DNA of 64,000 nt from Minisyncoccota bacterium (GTDB lineage: Bacteria; Patescibacteriota; Minisyncoccia; Phycocordibacterales; UBA9973). Of this stretch, positions 19,953 through 30,779 are shown piece by piece. The notes under the pieces were generated by a model, which was given only the letters and a program-made list of their open reading frames with translations, was not told the origin of the DNA and ran no database searches. The translations under genes were made by a program, and so were the position numbers. The stretch spans positions 65,094-129,093 of the forward strand of contig JBBABB010000001.1 of the NCBI GenBank assembly GCA_041657885.1, written 5' to 3'. The first letter of the stretch is position 1, and each line of letters begins with the position of its first letter.

Positions 19953-20853
19953 GTGTATGTCAATCTTTACAAAAAAGAAAATATTAGTTACTCACAATGG
20001 TTCTTTCCATGCAGATGACCTTTTTGCTACAGCAACTTTGTCAATTTTAAATAATGGAAATATAAAAATAATTCGCACACGTGATCCGAAAGTAATTGAG
20101 AGGGGAGATTATGTTTATGATGTTGGTGGAATTTATGATCCGAGAAAAGATCGTTTTGATCACCACCAAAAGGGTGGCGCAGGTGTTAGAGAAAATGGCA
20201 TCCTGTATTCGTCATTTGGTCTTGTTTGGAATAAATATGGAGAGAAAATTTGCGGGTCCAAAGAATTAGCAAAAATAGTTGATGATAAGCTCGTAGCTCC
20301 TATTGATGCTGGTGATAACGGTTTTGATTTGATTGAAAAAAAACATAAAATTTTTCCTTACTTAATTCAAGACGCTTTATCCATTTTTCGTCCCACATCA
20401 TTGGAAAAGATGGACAATGATGAACAATTTAAAAAAGCTCTTATTTGGGTAAAAGAAATTTTAAAGAGGGAAATAAAAAAATCCAGCGATCAAATAGAAA
20501 TTACAAAAATTATTCAGACTTTTTATAAAAATAGCACAGATAAAAGATTGATAGTAATAGAAATGCCGAATGTTTCTAGATATGAAATATGGGATGCATT
20601 ACAAGATTTTCCGGAACCTCTTTTTGTAGTTTATAAAACTGATGAATGGCGAATTATAGCAATGCGTTCAGATATTAATTCTTTCGGAAATAGAAAAGAT
20701 TTTCCGGAGAGTTGGGCTGGTCTTAGAGATGAAGAATTTCAAAAAATTTCCGGAGTAATAGATGCTGTTTTTTGTCACAAAAATTTGTTTCTTGTTGGTG
20801 TCAAAAGTAAAGAAGGAGCCATTGAACTTGCTGAAAGAGCTTTAGTAGCGTAA
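19942..20853 (+). CDS. MYG1/UPF0160 family metal-dependent hydrolase
   Basis: HNGSFHADD hallmark near the N-terminus. Confidence 0.75.
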   Translation: MIIKCMSIFTKKKILVTHNGSFHADDLFATATLSILNNGNIKIIRTRDPKVIERGDYVYDVGGIYDPRKDRFDHHQKGGAGVRENGILYSSFGLVWNKYGEKICGSKELAKIVDDKLVAPIDAGDNGFDLIEKKHKIFPYLIQDALSIFRPTSLEKMDNDEQFKKALIWVKEILKREIKKSSDQIEITKIIQTFYKNSTDKRLIVIEMPNVSRYEIWDALQDFPEPLFVVYKTDEWRIIAMRSDINSFGNRKDFPESWAGLRDEEFQKISGVIDAVFCHKNLFLVGVKSKEGAIELAERALVA

Positions 20854-20869
20854 GTTGGAGTATAGCTTC

Positions 20870-20946
20870 GCACAAAATAATTTAATTTTCTTGCGCTTTA
20901 CCCTAAAGGGCTCCGACGCGACAGCGAAAATCAATTTATTTTGTGC
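20870..20946. repeat. Copy B of the conserved-core-in-hairpin element: core 20,893-20,920 flanked by 13-14 bp inverted arms (gcacaaaataattt / aatttattttgtgc). The right arm overlaps the obg start region
   Basis: The core is a 28/28 match to copy A. The arms are unrelated to those of copies A and C. Confidence 0.6.
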
Positions 20947-20960
20947 TCGCTAGAATACAT

Positions 20961-21944
20961 ATGTTCATAGATGAAATAAAATTTTTTGCAAAAGCTGGCC
21001 GTGGAGGAAACGGGGTTGTTCGTTGGCGTCGCGAGAAGTTTATAGACAAAGGAGGTCCAAATGGTGGTGACGGTGGCAAGGGTGGATCTATTTACGCTGT
21101 TGCCGTTTCTGATATCAACTTACTTGCAAAATACAAACATAAAAAAGAATTTAGAGGAAATGATGGGGCTGAAGGAGCGGGTGGAAGTAAACACGGAAAA
21201 GATGGGAAAGATTTAATTATTGAATTACCGATAGGTTCTATCATTACTAATGTGGAAAGTGGTGGGTCTGTTTCTTTGGACTACGCTGGGCAAAAAGAAC
21301 TATTACTCAAAGGTGGTATGGGTGGATATGGAAACGAACAATTTAAGACCTCTATCAACACTACTCCTACACAAGCGACCAAGGGTAAAATAGGAGAACA
21401 AGGTAATTTTAAAATTGAGCTTGAGCTTTTTGCTGATGTCGGGTTGATTGGATTACCAAACGCTGGGAAATCATCCCTTTTGAATGCGATTACCAATGCC
21501 TCGGCCAAGATTGGTAGTTATCAATTCACGACTCTAGACCCAAATCTTGGGGATTTCTTTGGTTATACTCTTGCCGATATCCCAGGGCTTATTGAAGGGG
21601 CCTCAGAAGGGAAAGGTTTGGGTACAAAATTCTTAAAACATATCAAAAGAACTAGAATGTTGGCTCATCTTGTGTCTTTAGAGAACAATGAGCCATTAAA
21701 AGTTTACAAACAAATTCGCAAAGAATTGGGGACTTATGATAAAACCCTTTTGGAAAAAGAGGAAGTAATTATTTTGACTAAGACTGATGTTCTAGATTTT
21801 AGTAGTTCAACTACTAAAAAAAGTTTTGAAAAAATTAAGAAAGATTTCGAGAAATTAGGAAAACCCGTCTTTACTCTTTCACTTTATGATGATGCATCTG
21901 TTAAAAAATTAACAGATGGGCTTGTAAAATTGTTGAGAAAATAA
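20961..21944 (+). CDS. obg: GTPase Obg/CgtA
   Basis: Obg-fold glycine-rich N-domain (GRGGNGVVRWRREKF..GGDGGKGGS) and G-domain (GLPNAGKSS). The start was set at the ATG at 20,961. Confidence 0.9.
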   Translation: MFIDEIKFFAKAGRGGNGVVRWRREKFIDKGGPNGGDGGKGGSIYAVAVSDINLLAKYKHKKEFRGNDGAEGAGGSKHGKDGKDLIIELPIGSIITNVESGGSVSLDYAGQKELLLKGGMGGYGNEQFKTSINTTPTQATKGKIGEQGNFKIELELFADVGLIGLPNAGKSSLLNAITNASAKIGSYQFTTLDPNLGDFFGYTLADIPGLIEGASEGKGLGTKFLKHIKRTRMLAHLVSLENNEPLKVYKQIRKELGTYDKTLLEKEEVIILTKTDVLDFSSSTTKKSFEKIKKDFEKLGKPVFTLSLYDDASVKKLTDGLVKLLRK

Positions 21945-21948
21945 AAAA

Positions 21949-21978
21949 TATGGAAGTCCGACTTCCATTTTTACTTCC
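21949..21978. terminator. Rho-independent terminator after obg (atggaagtc..gacttccat followed by T-run)
   Basis: Perfect 9-bp stem followed by ttttt. Confidence 0.6.
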
Positions 21979-22108
21979 ATATTTATTTTACCCAGCTTCT
22001 GCTATCGCGCGTTTCGGGTAAAATTGAGAAATTTTATAAAGTATTGGAAAAAGAGTAAAAGGTGTATAATTAGTTTGTAATTGATTATTAATCTAATCTA
22101 TTAAAATA

Positions 22109-22981
22109 ATGAAAACAAACAAAGGTTTTGCGTTGATAGCACTTTTAGCAATTATTGTTGGTGTTTTGGTAGTGGGTGGTGGGGCGTATTTTTTGGGAAA
22201 GAGTAAGGGGGAAGATAAAAAGGTTGAAGAGATTCCTAAAACAGAGAATCAGATAAAGGGGCAAAATAAATTTGTTTTCAATAAAAACCAAGATCGAACC
22301 AATAAACTATATTTTGCCTCTGTAGATGGCGAGAAAATCTTATTGGGTACAGAAGTTAAGGTGAAAAGAGAAAAATTGGAAAGTAGTAAAGATTACTCAT
22401 ATAGTTTTATGCCTAAAGATGTTTTAGGAAGTATGAAGTTATCTGAAGGCATGACTTTCTATTCCGCGGTCCAATCAATGGATGATGATAATCTTTGGAT
22501 ATTTGTTGAGAGAGACATGAATAATCTTAACTACAGTTTATATTTTTATAATCATCAAACAAAAATGAAAGAATTTATTTTTTCTCAAAATAAAACTCCA
22601 GATCCACGATATTCATTTATTCCTTTTACTTGGAATGGTGATATTGTCTATTTGGAAGCAAAAGAATTTGGAAGTGCAACTGAAAATGAAGGAATATGGT
22701 CATATAACATTAAAACGAAACAATTTTCTAAAATACCAATAAATCCTTTATATCTAGCAACACCAATTATTTCTCCTGATGGTAAATACTTTATTTATAT
22801 AGGAACAACAGAAGATAAGGGAGAATATTCATCTCCTGATATAATATATATCTATGATTTAGCGACTAACCAGGAGAAAATAATCGAGAAAGATAATAAT
22901 GACATTAATTCAAGTTATATGATCTGGGGATGGGTAAATGGTGAAATTAATAATTCGGAGTTGATTGATATAAATCAATAA
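22109..22981 (+). CDS. Hypothetical exported or membrane-anchored protein, possibly a beta-propeller
   Basis: Hydrophobic N-terminus (KGFALIALLAIIVG) resembling a prepilin leader but lacking the conserved Glu. The remainder is Tyr/Asp-rich repeat-like sequence. Confidence 0.45.
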   Translation: MKTNKGFALIALLAIIVGVLVVGGGAYFLGKSKGEDKKVEEIPKTENQIKGQNKFVFNKNQDRTNKLYFASVDGEKILLGTEVKVKREKLESSKDYSYSFMPKDVLGSMKLSEGMTFYSAVQSMDDDNLWIFVERDMNNLNYSLYFYNHQTKMKEFIFSQNKTPDPRYSFIPFTWNGDIVYLEAKEFGSATENEGIWSYNIKTKQFSKIPINPLYLATPIISPDGKYFIYIGTTEDKGEYSSPDIIYIYDLATNQEKIIEKDNNDINSSYMIWGWVNGEINNSELIDINQ

Positions 22982-23122
22982 GAGTAATGAATTAATTATA
23001 TGTTTAATCCTGGAAAAGGAGAGTTTTAATGATTTGTGTTTCTATAAAAAATTAATAGATGAGCTTGTAAAATTGTCTAAAAAATAATATAGTATAGAAG
23101 TTATTTTATTTTTAAAGTTTTT

Positions 23123-23195
23123 GCCCTGTTAGCTCAGCTGGTAGAGCAGCTCCCTCTTAAGGAGATGGTCGGGGGTTCGATTCCCTCACGGGGCA
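23123..23195 (+). tRNA. tRNA-Lys (anticodon CTT)
   Basis: Hand-folded cloverleaf. D-arm TAGCTCAGCTGGTAGAGC, anticodon loop CTCTTAA, T-loop TTCGATT, discriminator A. Confidence 0.9.
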
Positions 23196-23197
23196 CA

Positions 23198-23529
23198 ATA
23201 ATAAAAACCGTTGTAAAATGGTTTTTATTATTGTGCCCCGTAGCGAGACAACTGCTTGTCTCGCGTGAGGGAATCGAAAGACTTTTCCATACGAGCGAAG
23301 CGAGACGGAAAAGTACCTGCCTATGTAATAGGCGAAAGCGTACCCGCGTTTCCCTCACGGGGCACAAATTTTTGCGAAGCACAAAATTTGTGATTCTTAA
23401 ACATATCTAAATATATGTTTAAGAAAATCGAAAGACGAAGGCTGACGAGCCGAGTCGGGGTCGCGAGATTTTTCAGTAGAAAAATACTTGTGACCGAAAA
23501 CGTAATCGCGATTCCCTCACGGGGCACAA
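23198..23529. repeat. Array of tRNA-Lys 3'-end copies. Direct 18-mers ttccctcacggggcacaa at 23,350-23,367 and 23,512-23,529 match tRNA residues 23,181-23,197. A split inverted copy lies at 23,232-23,273 with a 23-nt palindromic insert. Intervening segments are rich in GNRA-type loops (gcgaaagc, tcgaaaga, gcgaagc)
   Basis: Exact string matches read on both strands. A terminator-like hairpin (aataaaaacc..ggtttttatt) follows the tRNA at 23,198-23,230. A perfect 11-bp hairpin lies at 23,390-23,417. Confidence 0.5.
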
Positions 23530-23578
23530 AAATTTGTAAATGTATTTGATTTTTTATTTTTAGGAGTATAATTAGAAT

Positions 23579-23959
23579 ATGGAAAAATTTAATCTTGAAA
23601 ATAATAAAGATTTAAAAATAGGAAAAAATGGGCAAATTGATATTGATTTCGAGGGAGCAGAAAAAAGAGAAAGATTAGAAATAGCTGAAAAATATCATGT
23701 TCTTCATCCTGAAAAATTAGAAAAAAAGGAAGATAGTAAGTGGTATATAGATAATATGGAAGTTGAATACTGGGATAGTTTGTTTAGTGAGAAAGATAAT
23801 CCTTATAAAATTGTTAAAGATAACAACCAAGAAATCAAAAAAGAATTTCAGTTGAAAGTTGACCAGCAAACACAAAAACAAAAACCTACAAAAATAAAGC
23901 ATGGACATAAGCATCATAGAAAAACTCCTGATTCGATGGGTTTTGATCGTTATCATTAG
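23579..23959 (+). CDS. Hypothetical Lys/Glu-rich protein with a His-rich C-terminus (HGHKHHRK)
   Basis: ORF only; no recognisable domain. Confidence 0.4.
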   Translation: MEKFNLENNKDLKIGKNGQIDIDFEGAEKRERLEIAEKYHVLHPEKLEKKEDSKWYIDNMEVEYWDSLFSEKDNPYKIVKDNNQEIKKEFQLKVDQQTQKQKPTKIKHGHKHHRKTPDSMGFDRYH

Positions 23960-24020
23960 CCCTACATTTTAAAGCCTTTTATGTCTATTTATAGCTTTCC
24001 ACGTCCATATATCAAAACGC

Positions 24021-24048
24021 TTGACTTATATAGCTGTTTGTATATAAT
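24021..24048 (+). promoter_or_regulatory. Candidate rRNA promoter (TTGACT, 16-nt spacer, TATAAT) about 200 nt upstream of 16S
   Basis: -35 ttgact at 24,021-24,026 and -10 tataat at 24,043-24,048. Confidence 0.4.
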
Positions 24049-24244
24049 AGAGCCCACAGTCTGTTTATTCGGGCTGTTTTAATTTCTTTGAAATTTAAAT
24101 AGGTATGTAAGAATCAAAGCCCGCCAAACTTTATCCAAGTTGGCGAGGCAAGCAAGTAAATAATCAGTATAGGAATATAAAGTATTTTTTCTTTTGTTCC
24201 GTTCTATTCGTCACGTGATTAGTGTAAACTAATTTTACGTGATT

Positions 24245-25830
<1,586 letters not shown>

Positions 25831-26133
25831 TTTGAAACCGTTGTGCTTTGCACATGAACTCGACACAAATTACGAATGGTTACGAATGTACGAATTAAAT
25901 TCGTGTCATTCGCATAAATTCGTGTATTAGTATCGTGTTAGCGAAGCGTAACTTATTGAGTCGATATTATGTGCCTCAATTGAGCACATAATGGACATTG
26001 ATTTTAAGTCCTAAAAGAAATCTGACAACAAGGGAAAGACCTGATAGGACGGAACAATAGAAAAAATATTTTTCTTGATTGATTTGATTATGAAAAAATA
26101 CCTCATTAAAGTTTAAATAAAATTAAACAAAAA

Positions 26134-26162
26134 ATCTTCCGATTAATCGGAAGATTTTTTGT
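26134..26162. terminator. Rho-independent terminator downstream of 16S (atcttccgat taa tcggaagat + T6)
   Basis: Perfect 9-10 bp stem plus T-run. A second similar hairpin lies near 26,280-26,315. Confidence 0.6.
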
Positions 26163-26430
26163 TATGTGCTTGAGCCAGCGGGCGCAAAACTCCAACACAA
26201 TTGCATATGTGAGTGCAGCCGCTGGCTAAAACACACAACGGCTACCGCATAAAGTATATAATATTTTTTATATAATACAAAATCCCTCCGATTGCTCGAA
26301 GGGGTTTTGCTATGCAATTGTTTCAATAAAATAATTCTCTATTAATTGTTGGAATTATTTACTCACTAAGTAAAGTATATCAAAATGAAACGATATTGTC
26401 AAGTTTGTGTGTTCTTGCTATAATCCTTAT

Positions 26431-26766
26431 GGTTTGTATTGGATGGATACGCTCCGACCCAGGTCAGAGTGAGGAAAGTCCGGGCACATATTTCGACCTT
26501 GTGTTGAAAAAACGTAGCGGGTAACACCCGTCGTCCCCGCCCGAACGGCTGACTAGTTCAGTCGGGCAGGCGCAAGGACAGAGTTGAGAACAGTGACGAA
26601 TCCCGACCTAGGTCGGGGGTGAAACGGCAAAATACTTACGCGTGTGCAAGATCGTGTTCCGATTTCGGTCGGAAAGAATCGCTTGAGGTGTAGAGTAATT
26701 TACATCCTAGATAAATATCTATCGCTTTAGCAATAGAGTACAGAACCCGGCTTATAGATACAAACC
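26431..26766 (+). ncRNA. rnpB: RNase P RNA (bacterial type A, compact)
   Basis: P4 signature gaggaaagtccgggc near the 5' end and acagaacccggcttata near the 3' end. The P1 pairing ggtttgtat/atacaaacc closes the molecule. A TTGTCA..TATAAT promoter lies just upstream. Confidence 0.85.
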
Positions 26767-26774
26767 AAATACAT

Positions 26775-26808
26775 GAAAAACACCTTGTCCAAAGCATGGT
26801 GTTTTTCA
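26775..26808. terminator. Terminator after rnpB (aaaaacacc..ggtgttttt)
   Basis: 9-bp stem with flanking T-run. Confidence 0.5.
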
Positions 26809-26820
26809 TATGGATTGCAT

Positions 26821-26914
26821 TTCCTCCCCTCCTTACCAAGGAGGGGAATGAGGGGAGGTTCTTAATTAATTAGGAACCTCTCCCCAGCCCTCCCCTTGGT
26901 AAGGGGAGGGGGAA
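26821..26914. repeat. Compound GC-rich palindrome: two hairpins (cccctcctt-acc-aaggagggg; ccctcccctt-ggt-aaggggaggg) mirrored around the AT palindrome ggttcttaattaattaggaacc
   Basis: Read directly. The CCTCCCC/GGGGAGG motif class also occurs inside topA at 8,206-8,227 and 8,759-8,798. Confidence 0.5.
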
Positions 26915-27163
26915 TCCAAATTCAGAAATTTCTTTTTTGTTTTTTAAATTAGAAAATTTTTTTTCAAAAAATTTCCACTTTTCTTAAAATAAAAAATAAA
27001 AAAGTTATCCACAGTTTTTTAGTAAAAAGTATTGCAGTATTCTTGTATATGTTAGATAATATATATGTGAGTGTGATAAATTTTTTTACAAATAATTTTT
27101 TATAAATTTTTTGTAAGGTCGTGAAATCATACATCCTTTAAAAATAATTTTTTTAATAAATAT

Positions 27164-27226
27164 ATGGCAGCAAAAAAGAAGGCTAAAAAAGTAGCTAAGA
27201 AAGGAAAGAAGAAAGGAAAGAAGTAA
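27164..27226 (+). CDS. Candidate 20-aa poly-lysine micro-protein ([20 protein letters not shown]) with its own terminator
   Basis: ATG..TAA ORF read by hand. A hairpin terminator follows at 27,248-27,278. The ORF is absent from the ORF track because of its size. Confidence 0.3.
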   Translation: MAAKKKAKKVAKKGKKKGKK

Positions 27227-27247
27227 TATTCTTACTTTTAAAAAAAG

Positions 27248-27278
27248 AAATCCCCTCTCTATCGGGGATTTTCTTTTT
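27248..27278. terminator. Hairpin terminator (aaatcccc tctctatc ggggattt + T-run) between the micro-ORF and secA
   Basis: 8-bp GC-containing stem plus T-run. Confidence 0.5.
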
Positions 27279-27297
27279 GTGTTACAATAGGGAATAT

Positions 27298-29778
27298 ATG
27301 GGAATAATAAAGAACATAATAGGAAATGAGAGTGGTCGCCTTATAAAGAAATGGAGACCTCTTGTTGATAAGATAAACAGTCTAGAATTTCAGATGCAGA
27401 AGCTATCTGATCATGATTTTAAGGTAAGGACTGATGAATTACGATTGAGGATTAAAGAAGATATAAGTCTTGATGATTTACTTCCTGAAGTATTCGCGAT
27501 GGTTCGTGAAGCATCAGTTCGTGCATTTGGTCTGAGGCCTTTTGATGTTCAACTTATTGGAGGCGTTGCACTACACAAAGGAAATATTACTGAGATGCGA
27601 ACGGGTGAAGGTAAAACTTTAGTTGCGACGCTACCCGCTTATTTGAATTCTCTCATAGGTCTTGGTGTACATATTGTCACGGTGAATGATTATCTTTCAC
27701 GACGTGATGCGGTTTGGATGGGTCCATTATTTGCGATGTTGGGAGTTAGCGTCGGAGTTGTTAATTCACAGAATACATCATACATCTATGATCTCTCTCA
27801 TCAAGACAAAGAAGAAGTAGAAGGTAGTGAATTGGGGTCTTTTAAAGTTCAATACGAATTCCTCAGGCCTTGTTCCCGGACTGAAGCTTATGCTTGTGAT
27901 ATAACTTATGGTACAAATAATGAATTTGGTTTTGATTATCTCCGAGACAATCTAGCTCATAATGTCAATGAAGTTGTTCAAAGGGGTCATTATTACGCTA
28001 TTGTGGACGAGGTTGACTCTATATTGATAGACGAATCTCGTACGCCTTTAATTATCTCATCACAAGCAGAAGACAGTGAGGATTTGTATTATACTTTTGC
28101 TGATATTGCGAAGAAATTAAAACCGGAGGAAGATTATACTGTAGATGAAAAACTACGTGCCATATCTCTGACTGACCATGGTATAACATTGGCTGAGGAT
28201 TTGCTTGGTATCCACGATATATATACAGAAAAAGGAATTAAATATGTTCACCACTTAGAGACGGCAGTTAAAGCTCGTGCTCTGTATGAGAACAATAAAG
28301 ATTATGTTGTCAAAGATGGAGAGGTAATAATAGTTGATTCTTTTACTGGGCGCTTGCAACCGGGGCGTCGTTGGAGTGAAGGTTTGCACCAAGCCATAGA
28401 AGCTAAAGAGGGAGTAAAGATTGAAAAAGAAACGATAGCTGTTGCCTCTATTACTTTCCAAAATTATTTTAGATTTTATAAAAAACTCTCAGGTATGACG
28501 GGAACAGCTGAGACATCTCGCGAAGAATTTCTCAAGGTTTATGGTCTTGATGTAGTCGTTGTACCTACTCATCGTCCTATTAATAGACACGATTATAATG
28601 ATCTGATTTATCAGACAGAAAAAAATAAATTATTGGCGGTCTCTATTAAGGTCAAAGAGCTTCACGAGAAAGGTCAGCCAGTACTCATAGGAACTGTTTC
28701 AATTGAAAAGAACGAACTCCTTTCGGCTTATCTAACCCAAGCAGGAATTCCTCATACTATACTTAATGCCAAAAATCATGAACGAGAAGGAGAAATTATT
28801 GCCAATGCCGGACGACTAAGCGCAGTTACAGTTGCGACAAATATGGCTGGGCGTGGAGTTGATATTAAGTTGGGAGGTGTCCCATTTGATAAAGAAAAAT
28901 ATGAAGAAGTAAAAAATCTTGGTGGTTTGTTTGTAATAGGTACAGAGCGGCATGAAGCTCGTCGTATAGACAATCAGCTTCGAGGGCGTTCAGGGCGTCA
29001 AGGTGATCCAGGAGCGACTCTGTTTTATGTCTCTCTTGAGGATGACCTAATGCGTATCTTTGGATCAGATCGTATCAAATCAATGATGGCAAAGCTAGGG
29101 GTACCCGAAGACCAACCAATAGAAAACAAATTTATTTCCAATACCCTAGAGAATGCTCAGGCCAAAATTGAAGGATTCCATTTTGATTCTCGAAAACATA
29201 CTCTTGAATATGACAATGTGATGAATCATCAGCGTAAGGTTGTCTATGAGCGTCGTCGTATAATGCTTTCAGGAAATTTTGATGAAATACAAAATTTCCT
29301 TAATTCTTTGGTTGTTGATTACCCAGCACTTCTAGAGGTTATCAAACAAAAGAGTTTGGCGTTAGGTGATTCATTGTTTTTTGAAACTATCCGTCGTATT
29401 GCTTTGTATACTACCGATACTCTATGGGTAGAGCATCTAGAGACAATGGAATATACAAGGTCGTCAGTGAACTTACGTGCTTATGGACAGAGGGAACCTT
29501 TGATTGAATACACGAAAGAGGGTCTACGTTTATTTAGAGAGATGGAAGCCAACTTCAAGGAACAGGTATTTTCTTTAATTAATACTATAAATGCCGATGT
29601 TAAAGACAATAGGCAAACTGAGGTGGTTGAAGAACGACCTGAACTCATATTAAGCTCTTCCGATGGTAATGATAACCCTGGAACTATAAAAAGAGAGACC
29701 CCAAAAATCGGTCGTAATGACCCATGTTCGTGTGGAAGTGGCAAGAAGTATAAGCATTGTCACGGAAAAGATATATAG
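27298..29778 (+). CDS. secA: Preprotein translocase ATPase SecA with a C-terminal zinc-binding tail ([14 protein letters not shown])
   Basis: DEAD-like motor domains ([33 protein letters not shown]). The start was set at the second ATG. Confidence 0.9.
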   Translation: MGIIKNIIGNESGRLIKKWRPLVDKINSLEFQMQKLSDHDFKVRTDELRLRIKEDISLDDLLPEVFAMVREASVRAFGLRPFDVQLIGGVALHKGNITEMRTGEGKTLVATLPAYLNSLIGLGVHIVTVNDYLSRRDAVWMGPLFAMLGVSVGVVNSQNTSYIYDLSHQDKEEVEGSELGSFKVQYEFLRPCSRTEAYACDITYGTNNEFGFDYLRDNLAHNVNEVVQRGHYYAIVDEVDSILIDESRTPLIISSQAEDSEDLYYTFADIAKKLKPEEDYTVDEKLRAISLTDHGITLAEDLLGIHDIYTEKGIKYVHHLETAVKARALYENNKDYVVKDGEVIIVDSFTGRLQPGRRWSEGLHQAIEAKEGVKIEKETIAVASITFQNYFRFYKKLSGMTGTAETSREEFLKVYGLDVVVVPTHRPINRHDYNDLIYQTEKNKLLAVSIKVKELHEKGQPVLIGTVSIEKNELLSAYLTQAGIPHTILNAKNHEREGEIIANAGRLSAVTVATNMAGRGVDIKLGGVPFDKEKYEEVKNLGGLFVIGTERHEARRIDNQLRGRSGRQGDPGATLFYVSLEDDLMRIFGSDRIKSMMAKLGVPEDQPIENKFISNTLENAQAKIEGFHFDSRKHTLEYDNVMNHQRKVVYERRRIMLSGNFDEIQNFLNSLVVDYPALLEVIKQKSLALGDSLFFETIRRIALYTTDTLWVEHLETMEYTRSSVNLRAYGQREPLIEYTKEGLRLFREMEANFKEQVFSLINTINADVKDNRQTEVVEERPELILSSSDGNDNPGTIKRETPKIGRNDPCSCGSGKKYKHCHGKDI

Positions 29779-29905
29779 CAAATATACTTATAAAATAAGG
29801 ACATCTATAGGACAAAAGGGGATTATTGTCAAAAGTAGCCGGATGCCCTTGTTTTTAGGGCTTATTTTGACACAGTAATCATATGACTGTCAAGGGATAA
29901 AACAT

Positions 29906-29934
29906 AAAAAATCCTTATTATATAAGGATTTTTT
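29906..29934. terminator. Terminator hairpin after secA (aaaaaatcctta..taaggatttttt)
   Basis: Inverted repeat plus T-run. Confidence 0.5.
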
Positions 29935-30129
29935 ATGTTTGACGAGAGCAAGAACTATGTTATAACTATTGACTTTTAGGAGCCGTTGTGCTACTATATA
30001 AGAAGTTCCAAGTATATCGTTACAGTGATGGTATATAAGGAATTTTTTCGTTTAATCTATTTATTTGATTATTCAATAAATGTTTAGACGATCCTTGGCA
30101 CGGCGTTTGGTGAAGCGTAATCACCACCT

Positions 30130-30732
30130 ATGAATAAACAAGAAATTATACGTTATTTGCAGTCAATTATCGCGATTCCTATACTTGCGATAGCGATGCC
30201 CCTCTCTGGAGTTGCATCTATCCCAAATTTGACTGCAGTTAATAGTACTCTTACGGAAGAAAATTCTGTGATAATAACACAAGAAGAAGTAATACGTAAA
30301 GAACAAGTTGATTTAGAAGTAATACGTAAAGAAAAAGCAGAAGCCATAGATGCATATTTTGCAAAATATGACGCTCCGCTTGAAGGTTATGGAATGAAGT
30401 TTGTGATTGAAGCGGAAAAGAATGACATTGATTGGCGTTTACTTCCAGCCATTGCAATGCGTGAAAGTACTGGAGGAATATGGGATTGTGATAAAGCCAC
30501 TAATAGTGTTTTTGGGTGGGGTTCATGTAAAATAAGTTTTAAGTCAATTGATGAGTCCATAGAAATTGTTACCCGAAATCTTGGTGGTAATAATCCAAAT
30601 ACAGCTCGTCATTATGATGGAAAAACTACTTTACAAATCCTAAGAAAATACAATTCTTATATTAAGAATTATCCTGCTCAAGTCGTGAAAATCATGAAAA
30701 AGATTAGTGATGATGGGAAAGAAATAATTTAA
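30130..30732 (+). CDS. Hypothetical secreted protein with a possible lytic transglycosylase (SLT-like) fold. Contains an internal 18-bp direct DNA repeat (gaagtaatacgtaaagaa x2)
   Basis: Signal-like N-terminus. AIAMRESTGG resembles the SLT catalytic Glu-Ser motif. The duplicated coding repeat gives EEVIRKE..EVIRKE. Confidence 0.4.
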   Translation: MNKQEIIRYLQSIIAIPILAIAMPLSGVASIPNLTAVNSTLTEENSVIITQEEVIRKEQVDLEVIRKEKAEAIDAYFAKYDAPLEGYGMKFVIEAEKNDIDWRLLPAIAMRESTGGIWDCDKATNSVFGWGSCKISFKSIDESIEIVTRNLGGNNPNTARHYDGKTTLQILRKYNSYIKNYPAQVVKIMKKISDDGKEII

Positions 30733-30779
30733 TATAATATAAAAATGCCCCGCCGACTTTGTCGGCGGGGCATTTTGCT

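Noticed and set aside
22109-22200. Type IV prepilin call for the 22,109 gene
   Set aside because: The N-terminus has G-F-A-L-I-A instead of G-F-T-L-I-E. The conserved Glu at +5 is missing, so a PilD-processed pilin is not supported.
23134-23527. Three 68-82-aa ORFs on both strands after tRNA-Lys
   Set aside because: They lie across the tRNA 3'-end repeat array and are made of repeat and hairpin sequence. No start context exists and they overlap each other.
23181-23529. CRISPR array interpretation of the tRNA-Lys 3'-end repeats
   Set aside because: Only three direct repeats are present. Spacers are about 150 nt, not 30-40 nt. The repeat is identical to a tRNA 3' end, one copy is inverted, and no cas genes are nearby.
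26636-26839. 67-aa minus-strand ORF
   Set aside because: It overlaps the 3' half of RNase P RNA and its terminator.
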